DNA of 64,000 nucleotides from Treponemataceae bacterium (lineage in GTDB: Bacteria > Spirochaetota > Spirochaetia > Treponematales > Rectinemataceae), in NCBI GenBank assembly GCA_963667725.2, contig CAXXHO010000003.1, positions 352,001 to 416,000 on the forward strand, read 5' to 3'. This document shows positions 59,906 to 64,000 of this stretch, piece after piece. The notes beneath the pieces were generated by a model, which searched no databases, was not told the origin of the DNA, and worked only from the letters and a program-made list of their open reading frames with translations. Position numbers and translations under genes: made by a program. Position 1 is the first letter of the stretch; each line of letters starts with the position of its first letter.

Positions 59906-60946
59906 ATGTCCATGGGGGATAGATACGGTACGCATAGAGTGATCGAGCCTGCGGGAGCCATGCCTCAGACGGCTTTGCGCCTGGATAACGATATGTCCAA
60001 ATTGTTCGACAACGAGATGCTGATCGACGTGATGGCGCTCAATGTCGATTCCGCCAGCTTCACCCAGATTGAGCAGGAGGCTGGCGGCGATGAGGAAAAA
60101 ATCAAATCGATCATTCTCAGTATCGTGGGAACGAGGGGCAAGCAGCAGAACCCCGTCACCGGTTCAGGTGGCATGCTGATCGGCACGGTGGCGAAAATCG
60201 GACCCACGCTGAAGGACAGGGATCTGAAAGTTGGAGACAAGATCGCCAGCCTAGTCTCTCTTTCCCTTACGCCTTTGAGGATACGTCGCATCATCGCGGT
60301 ACATAAGGAAATCGACCGCGTGGAAGTCGAGGCAGAGGCTATTCTCTTTGAATCGGGAATCTACGCGAAACTGCCGGCTGATATGGATGAGGGTCTGGCC
60401 TTGGCCGCTTTGGACGTCGCGGGCGCTCCGGCCCAGACCGCCAAGCTCGTCAGGCCGGGGGATTCGGTTCTGGTTCTCGGCGCCGGAGGAAAATCCGGCA
60501 TGCTTTGCTGTTACGAGGCCATGAAACGCGTGGGGCCGACGGGCAGGGTCGTCGCGAATATTCATTCAGAGCGTTCGAAAAAGATACTCGAAGAGCTTCA
60601 CCTGGCCCACGAAGTCGTTCTGGCTGACGCGTCACGGCCTGTGGAGTTTCTCAAAAAGGTGCTTCCGGCGAACGGCGGCAAGGAATTCGATATCTCCATC
60701 AATTGCGTGAATATTCAGGGCGCCGAGATGGCATCCATTCTTCCCGTGCGCGATGGGGGCATCGTCTACTTTTTCTCGATGGCGACGAGCTTCACGAGGG
60801 CGGCCCTCGGCGCCGAGGGTATAGGCAAAGACGTGACTATGATCATCGGAAATGGCTACACGAAGGACCATGCCGAGATCACGCTTTGGGAACTTCGCGA
60901 AAATGAGGCGCTCAGGAAATATTTCGAGGCTCAGTACGTGAAGTGA
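59906..60946 (+). CDS. kdd: L-erythro-3,5-diaminohexanoate dehydrogenase
   Basis: YGTHRVIEP, LNVDSASF, GKQQNPVTGSGG, LDVAGAPAQ, GAGGKSG, FFSMAT and IGNGY. Confidence 0.93.
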   Translation: MSMGDRYGTHRVIEPAGAMPQTALRLDNDMSKLFDNEMLIDVMALNVDSASFTQIEQEAGGDEEKIKSIILSIVGTRGKQQNPVTGSGGMLIGTVAKIGPTLKDRDLKVGDKIASLVSLSLTPLRIRRIIAVHKEIDRVEVEAEAILFESGIYAKLPADMDEGLALAALDVAGAPAQTAKLVRPGDSVLVLGAGGKSGMLCCYEAMKRVGPTGRVVANIHSERSKKILEELHLAHEVVLADASRPVEFLKKVLPANGGKEFDISINCVNIQGAEMASILPVRDGGIVYFFSMATSFTRAALGAEGIGKDVTMIIGNGYTKDHAEITLWELRENEALRKYFEAQYVK

Positions 60947-62244
60947 GGAGGCATCCATTGTCCGCGAAAGAATTTCCCCATCTGGTTCTTGATCGTTCCA
61001 TGGCTCTCTTCGAAGAAGCCCAGAAGCTGTCTCCCGGCGGAGTGATGGGAATAAGGCGGCCTTATAATTTTATTCAAGGCGAATATCCAATTTTCATAGA
61101 TCGCGGCTACAAGGGGCATATCGTCGATGTCGACGGCAACGATTACATCGATATGCTCTGCGCTTACGGGCCCATAATCCTGGGTTACGACGAGGCGGAG
61201 ATAAATGACGCCGTGAAAAAGCAAATAGATGAAAAGGGTTTCTGCTTCTCTCTGGTGCAGAAAATCCAGAACGATCTCGAAAGGCGGCTGACCGAGCTTA
61301 TCCCCTGCGCCGAGCAGGTCATTCTCGTGAAGACCGGTTCGGACGCCACGAGCCTGGCGACGCGGATCGCCCGCGGGTATAACGACAAACGCTATATTCT
61401 ACGCTGCGGCTACCATGGCTGGCACGATTGGTGCGTGGAAGTGCACGGCGGCGTGCCCGACGAGATTTCCTCGCTGACCGACGAGTTCGAATACGGATCC
61501 CTCGAAAACCTCGAGGAAAAGCTGAAGGCGCATCGCGGGGATGTCGCCTGCATCATCCTGACGCCGGTCGGGCATCCGCTGGCCAAGCCCGTGATGGCGC
61601 CTCCTCCGGGTTATCTGGAAGGCGTCAGGAAACTGGCCGACGAATATGAGGCCGTTCTCATCTTCGATGAAGTGCGCACGGGATTCAGGGTGTCGATGGG
61701 AGGCGCGCAGGAGCGCTATGGCGTGACGCCCGACCTGGGTACGTTCGGGAAGGCGCTCGCGAACGGTTATCCCATCAGCGCGGTCGCGGGAAAGAGAGAA
61801 TTCATGGGGGTGGCTGAAAAGAAGGTCTTTGTCTCTTCGACTTTCTTCCCCAACAGCCTGGAGATGGTCGCCGCCATGAAGTGTCTCGATATTCTGGAGC
61901 GGGAAATGGTTCCCGAATCCATATGGCGGCGTGGCACGGTTTTTCTGGAACGTCTCAGGGCGATCGCGGCGGCATCGGGCGTGCCCCTCACTGTTTCCGG
62001 GATTCCGTCGATGCCCTTCATGACCTTCGACAAGGCGGAGTGCGACGGGGAAAAGACCTACAAGGCGAGAAGGGAATATTTCTATACGCAGACCATCAGG
62101 CGAGGGCTCTTCATCCAACCTTTCCATCATTGGTATATCGCGCATCGTCATACCGACGCCGACCTCGATCGCGCCCTGGGCGTCATTACGGAGTCCCTGG
62201 AATTGACGGCGAAGCGATTCCCGGCCAACCAGGGCGGCAGATAA
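60943..62244 (+). CDS. kat: Class III PLP aminotransferase, probable 3-aminobutyryl-CoA aminotransferase
   Basis: DVDGNDYID, KTGSDAT, YHGWHDW, IFDEVRTGFR and FGKALANG; located between kdd and kce. Confidence 0.75.
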   Translation: MRRHPLSAKEFPHLVLDRSMALFEEAQKLSPGGVMGIRRPYNFIQGEYPIFIDRGYKGHIVDVDGNDYIDMLCAYGPIILGYDEAEINDAVKKQIDEKGFCFSLVQKIQNDLERRLTELIPCAEQVILVKTGSDATSLATRIARGYNDKRYILRCGYHGWHDWCVEVHGGVPDEISSLTDEFEYGSLENLEEKLKAHRGDVACIILTPVGHPLAKPVMAPPPGYLEGVRKLADEYEAVLIFDEVRTGFRVSMGGAQERYGVTPDLGTFGKALANGYPISAVAGKREFMGVAEKKVFVSSTFFPNSLEMVAAMKCLDILEREMVPESIWRRGTVFLERLRAIAAASGVPLTVSGIPSMPFMTFDKAECDGEKTYKARREYFYTQTIRRGLFIQPFHHWYIAHRHTDADLDRALGVITESLELTAKRFPANQGGR

Positions 62245-63066
62245 ATGGCAAAGAAAATCGTCATAACCTGCGCCTGTACCGGCGCCGAGACCACGAGGGA
62301 ACAGAATCCCTCCCTTCCACTGACTCCCGAAGAAATAGCCGATGCGGCATACGAAGCCTGGCTCGCGGGCGCGGCAATTCTCCATCTTCATGTGCGCGAC
62401 GAAACCGGAAAGCCGACGCAGGATCCCGCCGTATTCAGGCGCGCGATCGAGCTCATCAGGCGTAAATGCGATATTGTCGTGGAGATAACGACGGGCGGCG
62501 CCGTGGGCGACGGCGCCGAGGAGCGGCTGCGCCCCGTCATGGAAATAGAGCCGGAAATGGCCAGTCTCGACTGCGGAACCGTCAATTTCGGCAACGATTT
62601 CATCGTGAATACGCTCCCGACCATGCGACGCTTCGCGGCGGAATTCAAGGCGAGGAAGGTTAGGCCTACCTTGGAATGTTTCGATCTTGGCCATATCTGG
62701 GCATCGCGGATCCTCATCGAGGAAGGGCTTTTGGAAGCGCCATATCACTATGGTTTCGTCATGAACGTTCCCGGTTCGGTTCCGTATAACGTCGACAATC
62801 TCGAGGTATTCAGGAGGGCTTTGCCGGAAGACGCGTTTTTTACGGTGATGGGCATCGGGAAATCATCCTTGTCTGCCCAATATGGCGCGATAGCATGCGG
62901 AGGGTGGATACGTGTCGGTTTCGAGGACAATGTCTATTACGCGAAGGGAATCCCCGCCAAATCTAACGCGGAACTCGTAGAACGAGCGGCAAGAATCGCC
63001 CGGGAAGCCCAGCTCGATATCGCGACCAGCGATGAAGTGAGATCGTTCCTTCGATTGAGGGGGTAG
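62245..63066 (+). CDS. kce: 3-keto-5-aminohexanoate cleavage enzyme (DUF849)
   Basis: ITCACTGAE, HLHVRD, TTGGA, ASLDCGTVNFG and RVGFED. Confidence 0.93.
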   Translation: MAKKIVITCACTGAETTREQNPSLPLTPEEIADAAYEAWLAGAAILHLHVRDETGKPTQDPAVFRRAIELIRRKCDIVVEITTGGAVGDGAEERLRPVMEIEPEMASLDCGTVNFGNDFIVNTLPTMRRFAAEFKARKVRPTLECFDLGHIWASRILIEEGLLEAPYHYGFVMNVPGSVPYNVDNLEVFRRALPEDAFFTVMGIGKSSLSAQYGAIACGGWIRVGFEDNVYYAKGIPAKSNAELVERAARIAREAQLDIATSDEVRSFLRLRG

Positions 63067-63070
63067 AACA

Positions 63071-64000
63071 ATGCATGATTTCTTGTCCTACGATTATCGC
63101 CGCATTCCTCTCTATGAAAATGTTAACCCCGAGGATTGGAACGATTGGCATTGGCAGATACGGAACAATATAAAAGATGTTGCAGCGCTATCGCGCGTAA
63201 TACCGCTTTCGGCGCAGGACAAAGAAGACATAGAGGAAGTGCTCAAGGTTTTCCGCATGGCGATCACTCCTTATTACGCGTCTCTCATCGATCCGGTCAA
63301 TCGTCTCTGCCCCGTCAGGCTGCAGGCTGTGCCGAGGCGCCAGGAAGCATTCACCGATAAATCGGACCAGTATGATCCTCTCCATGAGGATATCGATTCT
63401 CCGGTTCCTGGGCTCACCCACCGCTATCCCGACAGAGTGCTTCTCCTCGTTACCCATATCTGCTCGATGAACTGCAGGCACTGTACGCGAAGGCGGCTTG
63501 TCGGCGTCGAGGACCTAAGCCTGGACGACGCGAACCTCGACGCGGCCGTGGAGTATATAAGGAAAACGCCAATTATCCGCGACGTCCTGATTTCCGGAGG
63601 CGATCCATTCGTCCTGTCGACCGAAAGGCTCGAAAACATTATCTCAAGGATACGTGCCGTACCTCACGTGGAGATCATAAGGATCGGGACGAGAACGCCT
63701 GTCGTCTTGCCCATGAGAATTACGGATGACCTTGTAGCGATGCTGCGGAAATACGAACCGATCTATGTGAACACGCATTTCAACCATCCCAAGGAAATTA
63801 CGGCCGAAGCGCGGGAAGCTTGCAGGAAGTTGGCCGATGCCGGAATTCCATTGGGAAATCAGAGTGTCCTGCTCCGCGATGTCAACGATTGCCCTGTTCT
63901 CATGAAAAAGCTCGTGCAGAAACTCCTCTGCGTCAGGGTGAAGCCTTATTACATCTATCAGTGCGACATGTCGCGCGGCATCTCCCACTTCAGGACGACA
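63071..64000 (+). CDS. kamA: Lysine 2,3-aminomutase (radical SAM), partial and running off the window
   Basis: Not in the ORF track. Translates as MHDFLSYDYRRIPLYENV..DWNDWHWQ...ITPYY...THRYPDRVL...CSMNCRHCTRRR...SGGDP...NQSVLL. Confidence 0.93.
   Translation, partial: MHDFLSYDYRRIPLYENVNPEDWNDWHWQIRNNIKDVAALSRVIPLSAQDKEDIEEVLKVFRMAITPYYASLIDPVNRLCPVRLQAVPRRQEAFTDKSDQYDPLHEDIDSPVPGLTHRYPDRVLLLVTHICSMNCRHCTRRRLVGVEDLSLDDANLDAAVEYIRKTPIIRDVLISGGDPFVLSTERLENIISRIRAVPHVEIIRIGTRTPVVLPMRITDDLVAMLRKYEPIYVNTHFNHPKEITAEAREACRKLADAGIPLGNQSVLLRDVNDCPVLMKKLVQKLLCVRVKPYYIYQCDMSRGISHFRTT

Noticed and set aside
60943..62244. hemL (glutamate-1-semialdehyde aminomutase)
   Set aside because: Same fold, but the position inside the lysine fermentation operon with no tetrapyrrole genes favours Kat.
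61399..62748. 449-aa minus-strand ORF
   Set aside because: Antisense shadow of the GC-rich kat/kce genes with no recognisable motifs.

Overview
Bacterial chromosome segment, probably from an anaerobic spirochaete (inferred from the integrase type, PEGA protein and attC style; not certain), dominated by two tRNA-anchored islands. (1) From before position 1 to ~12,345 is an AT-rich element at the 3' end of tRNA-Ala(CGC). It encodes a phage-type tyrosine integrase, a small HTH/excisionase-like gene, a P-loop replication-helicase-like gene and an iteron-like origin. Its cargo is four integron gene cassettes delimited by attC sites: a putative glycosylase-like protein, a PD-(D/E)xK nuclease-like protein, a P-loop ATPase and a two-gene Hachiman (hamAB) anti-phage system. 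No integron integrase is visible in the window. (2) 12.5-20.9 kb looks like core genome: DUF1456, a peptide ABC transporter, an alkaline-phosphatase-superfamily gene and thrH. (3) 20,900-57,620 is a ~36.7 kb island bounded by a 45-bp direct repeat of the tRNA-Thr(CGT) 3' end, with a broken integrase and two IS scrapyards. It carries three catabolic modules: a sigma54-controlled sugar ABC operon whose soluble sensor kinase is an unusual ABC-ATPase-PAS-histidine kinase fusion; a DUF6305/permease/M14/C69 peptidase operon; and a GntR-controlled BtpA-FGGY-HyuAB-TRAP operon with three FrlC-like epimerases. (4) 57.7-64 kb holds a GNAT, a PEGA protein and the lysine fermentation genes kdd, aminotransferase (kat-like), kce and partial kamA. 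All calls come from reading motifs by eye; no database searches were run.
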